From an uncultured Clostridia bacterium (lineage in GTDB: Bacteria > Bacillota > Clostridia > TANB77 > CAG-508): a stretch of 64,000 bases of DNA. The stretch spans positions 4,179 to 68,178 of the forward strand of contig CALXJY010000002.1 of assembly GCA_944388755.1 (NCBI GenBank), written 5' to 3'. A program made the translations under genes and the position numbers. Below are positions 38,996-49,295 of the stretch, piece after piece. Below the pieces are notes generated by a model, which saw only the letters and a program-made list of their open reading frames with translations, made no database searches and had not been told where the DNA came from. Every line of letters begins with the position of its first letter. Positions within the stretch are counted from its first letter, which is position 1.

Positions 38996-39523
38996 TTGAA
39001 TGCCATAAATTTTTTATCTAATTTAGCAATGCCATTAATTATTTTATTAATAGTAATATATGGGTTATTTCAAAAAATAAAGGTTTTTGATTTATTTTTG
39101 GATGGAGCTAAAGAAGGAATACAAATTTTAATTTCGATATTTCCAACTTTAATTGGATTATTTGTTGCAATTGGAGCTTTAAGAAGTTCTGGAATATTAG
39201 ATTTTATAATAAATTTATTATCACCAATACTAAATATATTTAATTTTCCAACAGAAATTATGCCATTAGCACTAATTAGGCCTATTTCAGGAAGCGGATC
39301 AATAGCTGTTGCAACAGATATAATGAAAACATATGGTGTTGATAGCAATATTGGACTAATGTCAGCTATAATAATGGGGTCTACAGAAACTACAATATAT
39401 ACGATAGCCGTATATTCTTCAAGTGTTGGAATAAAAAATACGAGATTTGTTTTATATGCTTCTCTTTTAGCAGATCTAATAGGAATATTAGTTAGTGTGT
39501 TAGTTGTTTCAATATTTTTTTAG
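38996..39523 (+). CDS. spmB: spore maturation protein B
   Basis: 175 aa polytopic protein immediately downstream of spmA, in the classic spmAB pair. Confidence 0.7.
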   Translation: MNAINFLSNLAMPLIILLIVIYGLFQKIKVFDLFLDGAKEGIQILISIFPTLIGLFVAIGALRSSGILDFIINLLSPILNIFNFPTEIMPLALIRPISGSGSIAVATDIMKTYGVDSNIGLMSAIIMGSTETTIYTIAVYSSSVGIKNTRFVLYASLLADLIGILVSVLVVSIFF

Positions 39524-39610
39524 TTTTAATTTAATGATAAGAATGCCAAAGCTAGTGATAAAAAGCTATAAATATCAATGCTTTTGTCAATTTTTGTCGA
39601 AAAGTTTTTA

Positions 39611-39639
39611 TTGACAAAAGAAATTTAGCATAGTATAAT
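39611..39639 (+). promoter_or_regulatory. perfect consensus sigma-A promoter (TTGACA, 17-nt spacer, TATAAT) with an overlapping palindrome, no ORF downstream
   Basis: TTGACAaaagaaatttagcatagTATAAT. Palindrome CTTTTGTCAAT..ATTGACAAAAG at 39584-39621. The next 340 nt are non-coding before the convergent rlmH stop. Confidence 0.55.
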
Positions 39640-39979
39640 GGCTTTGGTTTAAGAAATTAAACATTGATTCATAATTTAAAAATAATATGTTTTTTAAAAT
39701 AATTTTATTTATTTCTTTATTTTTTATTATAAAAAAAATAATAACTAAGATTTTATCAAAAAAATTACTAGATAAAATAGAAAATGAATTATAAATTTTA
39801 ATATCTTATTAAAAATCCATGAATGTTAAAATTAAGTTATTAATCTTGTAGAGAATAATATATTATCTCTTTCTATTACCCCTCTAAAATAAATAATTAG
39901 AATGTAAATTTAAAATACGCATAGTCCCTTATATGCGAGATATGGTCTCCTTACATATTATTCTCTACAGTTAAATATA

Positions 39980-40459
39980 TTATCTATGATAAGTTTCATT
40001 ATTAGAAATTTTAAAACTTCTAAATAGTTGTTCCAACAGGAACACACGTATTAATTGATGTGGAAATGTCATTTTAGAAAAACAAATAGATTTTTTGCTA
40101 AGTGACAAGAGTTTTGTTGTTATCCCAAGTGAACCTCCAATAACAAATGTAATGGAACTAGTCATAAATGAGAGTGTATCTAATTCTTTAGAAAATTCTT
40201 CAGAAGATAATTCTTTTCCTTTTAAATCTAAACAAATTAGATAAGTATCTTTTGGAAGATGACTAATTATATTATTACACTCTTTTTCTTTTATATTATC
40301 AATTATAGACTGATTAATTTTGTCAGGTATTTTTTCATCAGGTAATTCAATTATATTTAATTTACAATACTTAGATAATCTTTTACTATATTCATTTATC
40401 GCATCTTTAAAAAATTTTTCTTTTATTTTTCCAATACAAATTATATTTATTGTAAGCAT
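39980..40459 (-). CDS. rlmH: 23S rRNA (pseudouridine1915-N3)-methyltransferase RlmH
   Basis: 159 aa SPOUT-fold protein of typical RlmH/YbeA length. Confidence 0.8.
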   Translation of the reverse strand: MLTINIICIGKIKEKFFKDAINEYSKRLSKYCKLNIIELPDEKIPDKINQSIIDNIKEKECNNIISHLPKDTYLICLDLKGKELSSEEFSKELDTLSFMTSSITFVIGGSLGITTKLLSLSKKSICFSKMTFPHQLIRVFLLEQLFRSFKISNNETYHR

Positions 40460-40475
40460 TATTTACTCCTTAAGG

Positions 40476-41267
40476 TTATTGAATTGCAACTTCTTTACTT
40501 ATGGTGTCTCTACTTGCTATAGATAAAAGTAAAGAATTTTCATTATAGTTATTTGATATTAATTGTTCTACAACAGTTTTATAAGCAAGTTCAGGGAAAT
40601 TGCTTTCTTTACTTAAATGACCAAGCATAACTTGTTTAAGACCAGATTTTAATAAACATGAGATTGTTTTACCAGCTGCCTCATTAGATAAGTGACCAGT
40701 AGGTCCAGCAATACGTGTTTTTAATAAATATGGATATCTAGAACACATTAATACTTTTGGGTCATAATTAGACTCAAGTAAAACAAATTTGCTTCCATCT
40801 AAATTTTTTAAAATTCCATTTGTCATATGTCCAATATCTGTTGCAATACTAATTTTTTTATCATCTTTAAAAATTGAGAATCCGCAAGGATTTACTGCAT
40901 CATGTGGAATAGCAAATGGCTTTATCTGTAAATCATTTATCTCAAATTTTTCTTCTATAGTAAATAGATTTATATTTTTTTCTAAAATTTTATCTTTTTG
41001 TTTTGGCATTGCATCTAATGTTTTTTTATTAACATATACAGGTAAATCATATTTTTTAGCAAATGTGCCAAGACCTTGAACATGATCAGTATGTTCATGT
41101 GTAATTAATATTCCATTTAAAGTAGAAGGGGAAATATTTAAAAAATTTAGTGCGTTTTCTATTTTTTTACTGCTTACTCCTGCATCAATTAGTAAATTTG
41201 TATTTTCTGTTTTTACAAGTAGACTATTTCCACTGCTTCCACTAAATAAACTATAAAAATTTAGCAT
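40476..41267 (-). CDS. MBL-fold metallo-hydrolase (YycJ/WalJ-like)
   Basis: HEHTDHVQGLG metallo-beta-lactamase motif. 263 aa. Confidence 0.75.
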   Translation of the reverse strand: MLNFYSLFSGSSGNSLLVKTENTNLLIDAGVSSKKIENALNFLNISPSTLNGILITHEHTDHVQGLGTFAKKYDLPVYVNKKTLDAMPKQKDKILEKNINLFTIEEKFEINDLQIKPFAIPHDAVNPCGFSIFKDDKKISIATDIGHMTNGILKNLDGSKFVLLESNYDPKVLMCSRYPYLLKTRIAGPTGHLSNEAAGKTISCLLKSGLKQVMLGHLSKESNFPELAYKTVVEQLISNNYNENSLLLSIASRDTISKEVAIQ

Positions 41268-41303
41268 TATTATTACTTCCTTCTTTTGTTTGTAATTTAT
41301 ATA

Positions 41304-42563
41304 TTAATAAGATACTCTTTCAATATTTGCTCCAATAGCTCGGAATTTTTCTTCTATGTTCTCATAGCCTCTATCAATGTGTTCTAAATTATATACTTCT
41401 GTAATTCCATTTGCAGCAGTTCCTGCTATAATTAAAGCTGCTCCGGCACGTAAATCAGAAGAATATACAGGTGCACCACTTAAATGATCGACTCCTTGAA
41501 AAATAGCTGTTTTTCCTTGAGCCATAATATCTGCACCCATTTTATTTAATTCTTGAGTATATTGAAAACGTGATTCCCAAATACTTTCATTAATTATACT
41601 TGTACCATCTGCTAAAGATAATACAACTCCCATTTGTGGTTGTAAATCTGTTGGAAAACCTGGGTAAGGTAATGTTTTAATATTTGCTTTTAATGGTCTT
41701 TTATTACAATATACACGTAAACTATCACCATAATCTTCAACTTGTCCACCAACTTCTAAAATTTTAGCTGTTATTGAGTCAAGATGTTTCGTAATGCAAT
41801 TTTTTATTAATAAATCACCTTTTGTAGCTACTGCTGCAAGCATAAAGGTACCAGCTTCTATTTGATCAGGAACTACGGAATAAGTGCAATTTCCAGTTAA
41901 TTTTTTTACACCATTAATTTTTATAATATCTGTACCAGCACCTCTAATATCTGCTCCCATTGTGTTTAAAAAGTTTGCAACATCAACAATATGTGGTTCT
42001 TTAGCAGCATTATCAATAGTTGTAGTACCTTCTGCCAAAACACTTGCAAGCATTACATTAATTGTAGCACCAACAGAAACTATATCCATGTATATAGAAG
42101 TCCCAACTAATTTATTTGCTTTTGCATGAATTGTACCATTTCCAACATTTACTTCAGCTCCTAATAGTTCAAAGCCTTTTATATGTTGGTCAATAGGTCT
42201 AGCACCTAATTTACAACCACCTGGCATACCTACTTCAATTTCTCCTATTCTACTTAGCATAGAGCCAATTATGTAATAAGAAGCTCTAAATTTGCTAGTT
42301 AGATCTAAAGGTGCTGTAGTTGTATTTATGTGTCTAGTATCTATAGTAACAGAATTCATAGAATTCCATTTTATTTTTGCTCCTAATTTTTCTAATATTT
42401 CACAAGAGATTTTAACATCACTTATATTTGGCAAATTTTCAATTGTGCAAATGCCGTCAATTAATAATGTTGCTGGTAATATGGCAACTGCTGCATTTTT
42501 TGCTCCATTTATATGTACTTCTCCTTTTAATGGAGTAGGACCTTTTATAACTAATTTCTCCAA
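41304..42563 (-). CDS. murA: UDP-N-acetylglucosamine 1-carboxyvinyltransferase
   Basis: 419 aa EPT-fold protein. N-terminal KLVIKGPTPLKGEVHINGAKNAA is typical of MurA. Confidence 0.85.
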   Translation of the reverse strand: MEKLVIKGPTPLKGEVHINGAKNAAVAILPATLLIDGICTIENLPNISDVKISCEILEKLGAKIKWNSMNSVTIDTRHINTTTAPLDLTSKFRASYYIIGSMLSRIGEIEVGMPGGCKLGARPIDQHIKGFELLGAEVNVGNGTIHAKANKLVGTSIYMDIVSVGATINVMLASVLAEGTTTIDNAAKEPHIVDVANFLNTMGADIRGAGTDIIKINGVKKLTGNCTYSVVPDQIEAGTFMLAAVATKGDLLIKNCITKHLDSITAKILEVGGQVEDYGDSLRVYCNKRPLKANIKTLPYPGFPTDLQPQMGVVLSLADGTSIINESIWESRFQYTQELNKMGADIMAQGKTAIFQGVDHLSGAPVYSSDLRAGAALIIAGTAANGITEVYNLEHIDRGYENIEEKFRAIGANIERVSY

Positions 42564-42671
42564 TTATATTCCTCCTTAGATGTTAAATGATTTCATCAAA
42601 AATAGAGTGTAATTAAAAACACTCTACTTAATAAAATATAACATAAACATAGTGGAATTGCAATAGAAATA

Positions 42672-43328
42672 TTAATTTTTTGCTGTTATAAAATTATTAT
42701 TTCCAAAGAATTCTAGTATTTTAAATTTAAAAGAAATACTTTTATTTGAATCATTCTCAGAAATTAAAGCATAATCTTCTTCATTCATGTTATTTTTTAA
42801 AGTTTCTTTTGACTCATCAGGAACAACACCTGAGCTTACATCTATAAAGCATAGGGGAGGAAACATTACACACCACCAATTTTGCCCTTTAGCTTCTCCG
42901 ATTTTTACTCTTAAAGCATCATAATAACCACTTGGTAGAGAAATATCTCCATATGTTTTTGTTGGAAATTCAAAATTTCCTATTTCAACTGTTACATCAT
43001 AATTATATCCATTTTCTTTAATTGTATTTTTAGCAATTGTTTTAAAATCTTCTAAATGAGAATTTGCAATATTAATAGCTTCTTCTTTATTTGATGTATT
43101 TGTACAGATAGAATTCATGTAATCTAGTAATTTATCTCTTACTTTATATTTTAAATTTTGATCTTCTTCTGAATCACTATTTGCTAAGACATGTAATCTA
43201 AATACACTATCTGAAATATCTTTTGAAGTATAACTTGCATAAGACATTGCACATAATGTAGTATATATAAAAAGTAAAAAACTTAATATTAATATCATCT
43301 TAAAATTGATTTTTTTAAATATTTTCAT
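42672..43328 (-). CDS. spoIIR: stage II sporulation protein R
   Basis: Signal peptide plus the FRLHVLANSDSEEDQNLKYKVRD signature of SpoIIR. 218 aa. Confidence 0.75.
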   Translation of the reverse strand: MKIFKKINFKMILILSFLLFIYTTLCAMSYASYTSKDISDSVFRLHVLANSDSEEDQNLKYKVRDKLLDYMNSICTNTSNKEEAINIANSHLEDFKTIAKNTIKENGYNYDVTVEIGNFEFPTKTYGDISLPSGYYDALRVKIGEAKGQNWWCVMFPPLCFIDVSSGVVPDESKETLKNNMNEEDYALISENDSNKSISFKFKILEFFGNNNFITAKN

Positions 43329-43618
43329 AAATTTCCTCCTCTGTTTTGAGATTTTAGAAAAATTTTCATTTCCTAAAATGTAAAAAATTATTATACTTTA
43401 AGTATTTACAGTTTTGAAAAAATTATACAATTTTATAAAATTTTCTCTGTTTAGAAGAAAAAATTTTTTCTAATAGAGAAAATATATTGATATAGTAAAC
43501 ATATTATTAGTAAATATATGCTGACAAAAATACTTTTTTAAATAATTTTGCAATAAACTGAGAAAAATTGGCGAAAATTCTTGTCGAAAAAAATAGATGA
43601 ATTTTATTTGAAATATTA

Positions 43619-43647
43619 TTGACATATTTCAAAATAAATGGTAAAAT
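43619..43647 (+). promoter_or_regulatory. sigma-A-type promoter for the 43709 gene
   Basis: TTGACA, then a 17-nt spacer, then TAAAAT. A shared TTGTCGAAAA decamer lies upstream, as at the 39596 palindrome. Confidence 0.45.
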
Positions 43648-43708
43648 TTGGAAGTATCGAAAAGAACATCTAAAGAAAAGACTTTCAGATTGAAAGGAAG
43701 GTATTATT

Positions 43709-44188
43709 ATGATAAAACATTTTGAAAATATTAGAGGAAATGAAGATAGTAAAGAAAGGATTTGTTCATTCTTTGCGAGTGATTATCATTTTGAAATGAC
43801 CGCTTTACCATATGTTGAAAGAGAGATAAAAAATAATGGTAATGTTGTTATTTTAACAGAAAATGATTTAAATAGCTCTATTAGAAAAGTTTTGTCTAGA
43901 ACTAATTTAGATGAAGAAGAAAAAGAAAAGATATATAATATTGACTGGAGTAATAATAATGAAAACAAATTAAAAAATATAAAGCAAGAATTAGATAAAA
44001 ATTCTAATGTAACAGTATTTATAAAGGGTGGAGAAGATTATATTTGTAAGATGGATTCTAGCATACAAAAGCTGGAAAATCTTAAAATTGTACATTGCTA
44101 TTCAATAGATGAAATAGGTAGCAATGTATCAAATGTGGCAAAAAACTATGATGTGGTTTTAAGTACTATGGGTAAAGCTAAAATGTAA
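43709..44188 (+). CDS. hypothetical protein (159 aa)
   Basis: ORF with RBS AAGGAAGG. No family recognised. Confidence 0.5.
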   Translation: MIKHFENIRGNEDSKERICSFFASDYHFEMTALPYVEREIKNNGNVVILTENDLNSSIRKVLSRTNLDEEEKEKIYNIDWSNNNENKLKNIKQELDKNSNVTVFIKGGEDYICKMDSSIQKLENLKIVHCYSIDEIGSNVSNVAKNYDVVLSTMGKAKM

Positions 44189-44224
44189 CATATAATTAAA
44201 AAAGTATTTAAGTTGTTAATAGCA

Positions 44225-44390
44225 TTATGCTGTCAACAACTTTTGTTTTATCTATTAAGAAAGTCATACTGATTTTTCTAATAGAGTACACAAATTTAAT
44301 TCATAAATTTGGTGCAGAACAAATTAACGGAAATTCAAAGAAAAGGTTAAATTATTGCAAAATTATAAGGCTTTCCGATTTGCTTTTTAT
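44225..44390. repeat. dispersed intergenic repeat, copy C (both modules: GTCATACTGATTTTTCTAATAGAG plus the GGCTTTCCGATTTGC core)
   Basis: Aligns with copies A, B and D. Confidence 0.75.
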
Positions 44391-44618
44391 TAATATAATT
44401 AAAATAAATATTATAAATATTTAGGCTTTTCTATTTGTTGAAAAAAATACTTTACAATTTACAAATTTTTTGTTATAGTGTATATAAATTTTAAAAGAAA
44501 TGGAGTATATTTGAATAATTATTTATTACATAGGAAAGAAATTTTAGGAGAACTAATCTAAATTACATTCTTTCCCAAACAGTTTATGCTTAGATTAAGA
44601 AAGGAATGGGAATGAAAA

Positions 44619-45866
44619 ATGAGTAAAAACATAGGAGAAATTAGAGCATTATTAAAAAAATATAACCAAGAACATTTGTTAAATGGTTATGATAAATTAG
44701 ATGAAGCAAAAAAGAAGCAGTTATTAGAACAAATTGAGTCAATTGATTTTAATTTAGTGAATTCATTATATGAATCAACTAAAAAGGAAGTTAAACATGC
44801 TACTCAAGAAGTGACACCAATAGATTATGTAGATAAATATAAATTAAATGATAAATATAAATATTACGAAAATATAGGGAAAAAGGCAATTAAACAGGGA
44901 AAACTTGCAGCAGTTACAATGGCAGGCGGACAAGGTACAAGACTTGGATATGATGGACCAAAAGGAACATATGATATTGGTTTAGACTCTCATAAGTCTT
45001 TATTTGAACTATTATGTGATAGTTTAAAAGAAGAAGGAAAAAAATATGGTGTAACAATTCCATGGTTTATAATGACAAGTAGAGAAAATAATGATAAAAC
45101 TATAGAATTTTTTGAAAAGCATAAATATTTTGGATATCAAAAAGACAAGAATATATTCTTTTTTATCCAAGGAGAATTGCCAATGATGGATACAGAGGGA
45201 AAGATCCTTATAGGTGAAGATGGACTTATAAAATTAGCGGCAGATGGACATGGTGGTATTTATGAGGCATTGGTAAAAAGTAAGATGGTAGATAAAATGA
45301 AACAGCTTGGTGTAGAATGGGTATTTATAGGTGGAGTTGATAACTGTTTAGTAAGAATGGTAGATCCAGTCTTAATGGGATTGGCAATAGATAGAGATGT
45401 TACAGTAGCATGTAAGTCTGTAGTTAAAGCTAATCCAAAAGAAAATGTAGGAGTATTTTGTAAAAAGAATGGAAAACCAAATGTTATTGAATATTCTGAA
45501 ATAACAGAGGAAATGGCAGAGGCAACAGACAAAAATGGAGAGCTTTTATATGGTGAATCACATATTTTATGTAATTTATTTAATATAGATGCAATAGAAA
45601 GAATGGGAGCAAATCCATTACCATATCATTTAGCATACAAAAAAGCTAAATATATTGATAAAGATGGAAATTTAGTTGTTCCAACTTCGCCTAATGCATA
45701 TAAATTTGAGGCGTTTTTATTTGATGCTTTTGGTGAAGTTGATGATATGGCTGTATTAAGAGTTAAGAGAGAAGAAGAGTTTGCTCCTGTAAAAAATTCT
45801 GATAGTGTTGGAGTAGATTGTCCTAAAACTGCTAGGGAATTATATAAAAGATTGCATAATATGTAA
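44619..45866 (+). CDS. UDPGP-family UDP-sugar / UDP-N-acetylglucosamine pyrophosphorylase
   Basis: MAGGQGTRLGYDGPKG signature of the UTP-glucose-1-P uridylyltransferase type 1 family. Confidence 0.75.
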   Translation: MSKNIGEIRALLKKYNQEHLLNGYDKLDEAKKKQLLEQIESIDFNLVNSLYESTKKEVKHATQEVTPIDYVDKYKLNDKYKYYENIGKKAIKQGKLAAVTMAGGQGTRLGYDGPKGTYDIGLDSHKSLFELLCDSLKEEGKKYGVTIPWFIMTSRENNDKTIEFFEKHKYFGYQKDKNIFFFIQGELPMMDTEGKILIGEDGLIKLAADGHGGIYEALVKSKMVDKMKQLGVEWVFIGGVDNCLVRMVDPVLMGLAIDRDVTVACKSVVKANPKENVGVFCKKNGKPNVIEYSEITEEMAEATDKNGELLYGESHILCNLFNIDAIERMGANPLPYHLAYKKAKYIDKDGNLVVPTSPNAYKFEAFLFDAFGEVDDMAVLRVKREEEFAPVKNSDSVGVDCPKTARELYKRLHNM

Positions 45867-45964
45867 TATTAAAAGTAATAACTATACGGATGGTGATAAG
45901 GTTGAAAAATAAATTTAATTTTTTTCAACCGAATTTGCGCCATAAGAAAGGAATGTTATGAAAT

Positions 45965-47698
45965 ATGGAAAATTATTTAAAAGAATATCAAAGATGGTGT
46001 GAAAGTGATGAATTTGATAATGAAACAAAAGAAGAATTATTAAAAATAAAAGATGATAAAAAAGAGATAGAAGATAGATTTTATAAAGAATTAGAATTTG
46101 GAACAGCTGGATTACGTGGAGTAATAGGTGCTGGAACAAATAGAATGAATAAATATACAGTTGGAAAAGCAACTCAAGGATTAGCAAATTATATTTTATC
46201 ACAAGGTACACAAGATAAGGGTGTAGTAATTAGTTATGATTCTAGAAAGATGTCAAAGGAATTTAGTGAGCAGACTGCTTTAATATTAAATGCAAATGGT
46301 ATCAAAACATATTTATTTGAAAATTTAAGACCAGTGCCTGAATTATCTTTTACTGTTAGGGAACTAGGTTGTACAGCTGGTGTTATGATTACTGCAAGTC
46401 ATAATCCTCCTAAATATAATGGTTATAAAGTTTATTGGGATGATGGGGCTCAAATTGTAAATCCTAGAGATATGGATATAATAGAAGATGTAAAAAAAGT
46501 TAAAAATTATTCTGAAATAAAAATGATAACAAGAAAAGAAGCAGAAGAAAAGGGACTATTTAATATATTGAAAACAGAAATAGATGATAAATATTTGTCA
46601 AAATTAGAAAGTCTAGTATTAAACCCTGAAATAGTAAAAAAATATGGTGAAATATTAAAAGTTGTATATACACCTTTACATGGTACAGGAAATACGGTTG
46701 TTGAAAAACTTTTAAACAAAATAGGAATAAAAAATTTATTTGTTGTACCTGAACAAAAAGATCCTGATGGTAATTTTCCTACAGTAGATTATCCAAATCC
46801 TGAAGATCCAAAAGCATTTAAATTGGCACTTGAATTGGCAAAAAAAGTAGATGCTGATGTTGTTTTAGCAACAGATCCTGATGCAGATCGATTAGGAGTT
46901 TTTGCAAAAGATAGTAAGACAGGAAATTATATGAATTATACAGGAAACATGTCAGCATTATTAATTGCTGAATATAGAATTTCGCAAATGAAAGAAAAAG
47001 GAATATTGCCAAATAATGGAATGTTTATAAAGACAATAGTATCATCAAATTTAGCAGATGCAATAGCTAAAAATTATAATTTAGATTTATATGAGGTATT
47101 AACTGGTTTTAAAAATATTGGAGCTGTTATGAAAAAAGCAGAAGAAACAGGAAAAAATACATATGTATTTGGATTTGAAGAAAGCTATGGTTGTTTAATT
47201 GGTGATTATGCAAGAGATAAAGATGGAATTTCAGCTGTTATGGCTTTATGTGAGGTTGCATGTTATGGTAAATCTAAAAATAAGACTTTATGGGATATGA
47301 TGATAGATATATATGAGAAATATGGATATTACAAAGAAGGACTAGTATCAATTGTAAGAGAGGGTGTTCAAGGAGCTAAGGAAATACAAGATATGATGAC
47401 AAGAACAAGAAATAAAGATGTAAGAGAGATTGCAGGACTTAAAGTATTAAAGTTTAAAGATGTAGAAAAAGATTATGTTAAAGATATGCAGACAGGTGAA
47501 ATTTCAAAAACAGGATTACCAAAATCAAATGTTTTATATTATGAATTAGAAAATAATAGTTGGTGTTGTGTAAGACCTTCTGGAACAGAACCAAAAATTA
47601 AGTTATATATGGGTGTGAAAGGTAAAGAAGAAAATGAAGCAGTTGAAAAATTAGATATATTAAAAGAAGCAATGGTAAAGGTTGTAACAGAAGCTTAA
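45965..47698 (+). CDS. phosphoglucomutase/phosphomannomutase family phospho-sugar mutase
   Basis: TASHNPPKYNGYKVY active-site loop. 577 aa. Confidence 0.85.
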   Translation: MENYLKEYQRWCESDEFDNETKEELLKIKDDKKEIEDRFYKELEFGTAGLRGVIGAGTNRMNKYTVGKATQGLANYILSQGTQDKGVVISYDSRKMSKEFSEQTALILNANGIKTYLFENLRPVPELSFTVRELGCTAGVMITASHNPPKYNGYKVYWDDGAQIVNPRDMDIIEDVKKVKNYSEIKMITRKEAEEKGLFNILKTEIDDKYLSKLESLVLNPEIVKKYGEILKVVYTPLHGTGNTVVEKLLNKIGIKNLFVVPEQKDPDGNFPTVDYPNPEDPKAFKLALELAKKVDADVVLATDPDADRLGVFAKDSKTGNYMNYTGNMSALLIAEYRISQMKEKGILPNNGMFIKTIVSSNLADAIAKNYNLDLYEVLTGFKNIGAVMKKAEETGKNTYVFGFEESYGCLIGDYARDKDGISAVMALCEVACYGKSKNKTLWDMMIDIYEKYGYYKEGLVSIVREGVQGAKEIQDMMTRTRNKDVREIAGLKVLKFKDVEKDYVKDMQTGEISKTGLPKSNVLYYELENNSWCCVRPSGTEPKIKLYMGVKGKEENEAVEKLDILKEAMVKVVTEA

Positions 47699-47798
47699 TC
47701 GATTTTTTCTCATTAAAAAGTTGTGTTTATTTTAAAGAAAATGGATTTTTACATAAAAAATATGCGGACAATAAAATATCTTAAATAGATAAGATGTT

Positions 47799-48518
47799 TT
47801 AAAAGTCCGCTTTTGTTTTCCATTCATCTAAATTTCTTTGAATAGCACCAAATAAATTTGCTCTAACTGCAGGTATATTTTTGCTCATAGTAAAGATTAA
47901 TTGCTTCATGTCTTCTCTTTTCGAAGTTCCGTCCATAGGACATACTTTTTGCATTACTTCTATATTCTGTTTTTTTATATATCGTTTAATTTCTTTTTCA
48001 GGTGTATATACTAAAGGTCTTATTAATGTTATTTTAGACCTATCCATAAAACTAACTGGTGCAAAAGTGCCGATGCTTCCAGTATAAAAAAGATTTAATA
48101 AAAATGTTTGTAAAACATCATCTTGGTTATGACCTAATGCTATTTTATTACAACCTTCTCTAATTGCAATGGAATTTATAACACCTCTGCGTAAATTTGC
48201 ACATAGAGAACATGGATTTTTTTCTTGTCTGATATCAAAAACAATTTCTTTTGCATTACTTTTTTCTATAAAAATAGGTACATTAATTTCATTACATATT
48301 TTTTTTAGTAAATTTGTATCAAAGAATTCAAATCCTGGATTTATACTAACAGCTATAATTTCAAAATGTTTTGGATAAAAAATTTGTAAGTTTTTGAATG
48401 CGTGTAATAATGTTATAGAATCTTTTCCACCTGATAAACATATTGCAATTTTATCATTTTCTTCTATCATGTGGTATTCTTCAATTGCTTTTCTCATTTT
48501 GCTTAATATTTTTTGCAT
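47799..48518 (-). CDS. ttcA: tRNA 2-thiocytidine biosynthesis protein TtcA-like PP-loop ATPase
   Basis: SGGKDS PP-loop and CSLCANLRRG motifs. Start moved to MQKIL to avoid overlapping tRNA-Arg. Confidence 0.7.
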   Translation of the reverse strand: MQKILSKMRKAIEEYHMIEENDKIAICLSGGKDSITLLHAFKNLQIFYPKHFEIIAVSINPGFEFFDTNLLKKICNEINVPIFIEKSNAKEIVFDIRQEKNPCSLCANLRRGVINSIAIREGCNKIALGHNQDDVLQTFLLNLFYTGSIGTFAPVSFMDRSKITLIRPLVYTPEKEIKRYIKKQNIEVMQKVCPMDGTSKREDMKQLIFTMSKNIPAVRANLFGAIQRNLDEWKTKADF

Positions 48519-48542
48519 TAATATTCTTCCTTCCAATAAAAA

Positions 48543-48618
<76 letters not shown>

Positions 48619-48797
48619 ATGTGTTATTTAGACTATGCCTATTATAATATATTTTTTCATTAAAATCAAGAGGAGTTTGTAAGGTAAATTGAAATTAAAA
48701 AAAGAACTTGTTATTTTTTCATTATTATAGTAAAATAGGTATTAAAGTAATGGGGTCGACAATTTTAAAAAATATGTTATTGACAAAAGGAGAGAGA

Positions 48798-49295
48798 ATG
48801 GAACAAAAATTTATGTATCAAGCACTTAAGGAAGCGGAAAAAGCATATAATAAGTTAGAAGTGCCAGTAGGGTGTATAATAGTAAAAGATGGTAAAATAA
48901 TCGCAAGAGCACATAATTTAAAGGAAACTAAGATGGACACTACTAAACATGCAGAAATATTAGCGATACAAAAGGCGAGTAAAAAATTAAAATCATGGAG
49001 GTTAATAGATTGTGAGATGTATGTAACTTTGGAACCATGTCCTATGTGTGCAGGGGCTATAATACAGTCTAGAATAAAAAAAATATATTACGGAACAAAA
49101 GATTTAAAAACAGGTGCAGTGGGATCTGTTCTTAATTTATTTGATGATTATACATTTAATCATAAAGTTGAATATCAAAGTGGAATTTTACAAAACGAAT
49201 GTGAAAACATATTAAAAGATTTTTTTAAAGTACTAAGGAGAAATAAAAAAATAAAAGGAGAATTGAATGAAAGAATTAATGAGGAGAATATTTGA
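48798..49295 (+). CDS. tadA: tRNA-specific adenosine deaminase
   Basis: HAEILAIQ...PCPMCAGA CDA-fold zinc motifs. Start at MEQKF with RBS AAAGGAGAGAG. Confidence 0.85.
   Translation: MEQKFMYQALKEAEKAYNKLEVPVGCIIVKDGKIIARAHNLKETKMDTTKHAEILAIQKASKKLKSWRLIDCEMYVTLEPCPMCAGAIIQSRIKKIYYGTKDLKTGAVGSVLNLFDDYTFNHKVEYQSGILQNECENILKDFFKVLRRNKKIKGELNERINEENI

Noticed and set aside
45957-45965. Alternative ATG at 45958 for the phosphoglucomutase gene
   Set aside because: It is out of frame with the long ORF. The 45965 ATG is in frame and preceded by AAAGGAA.
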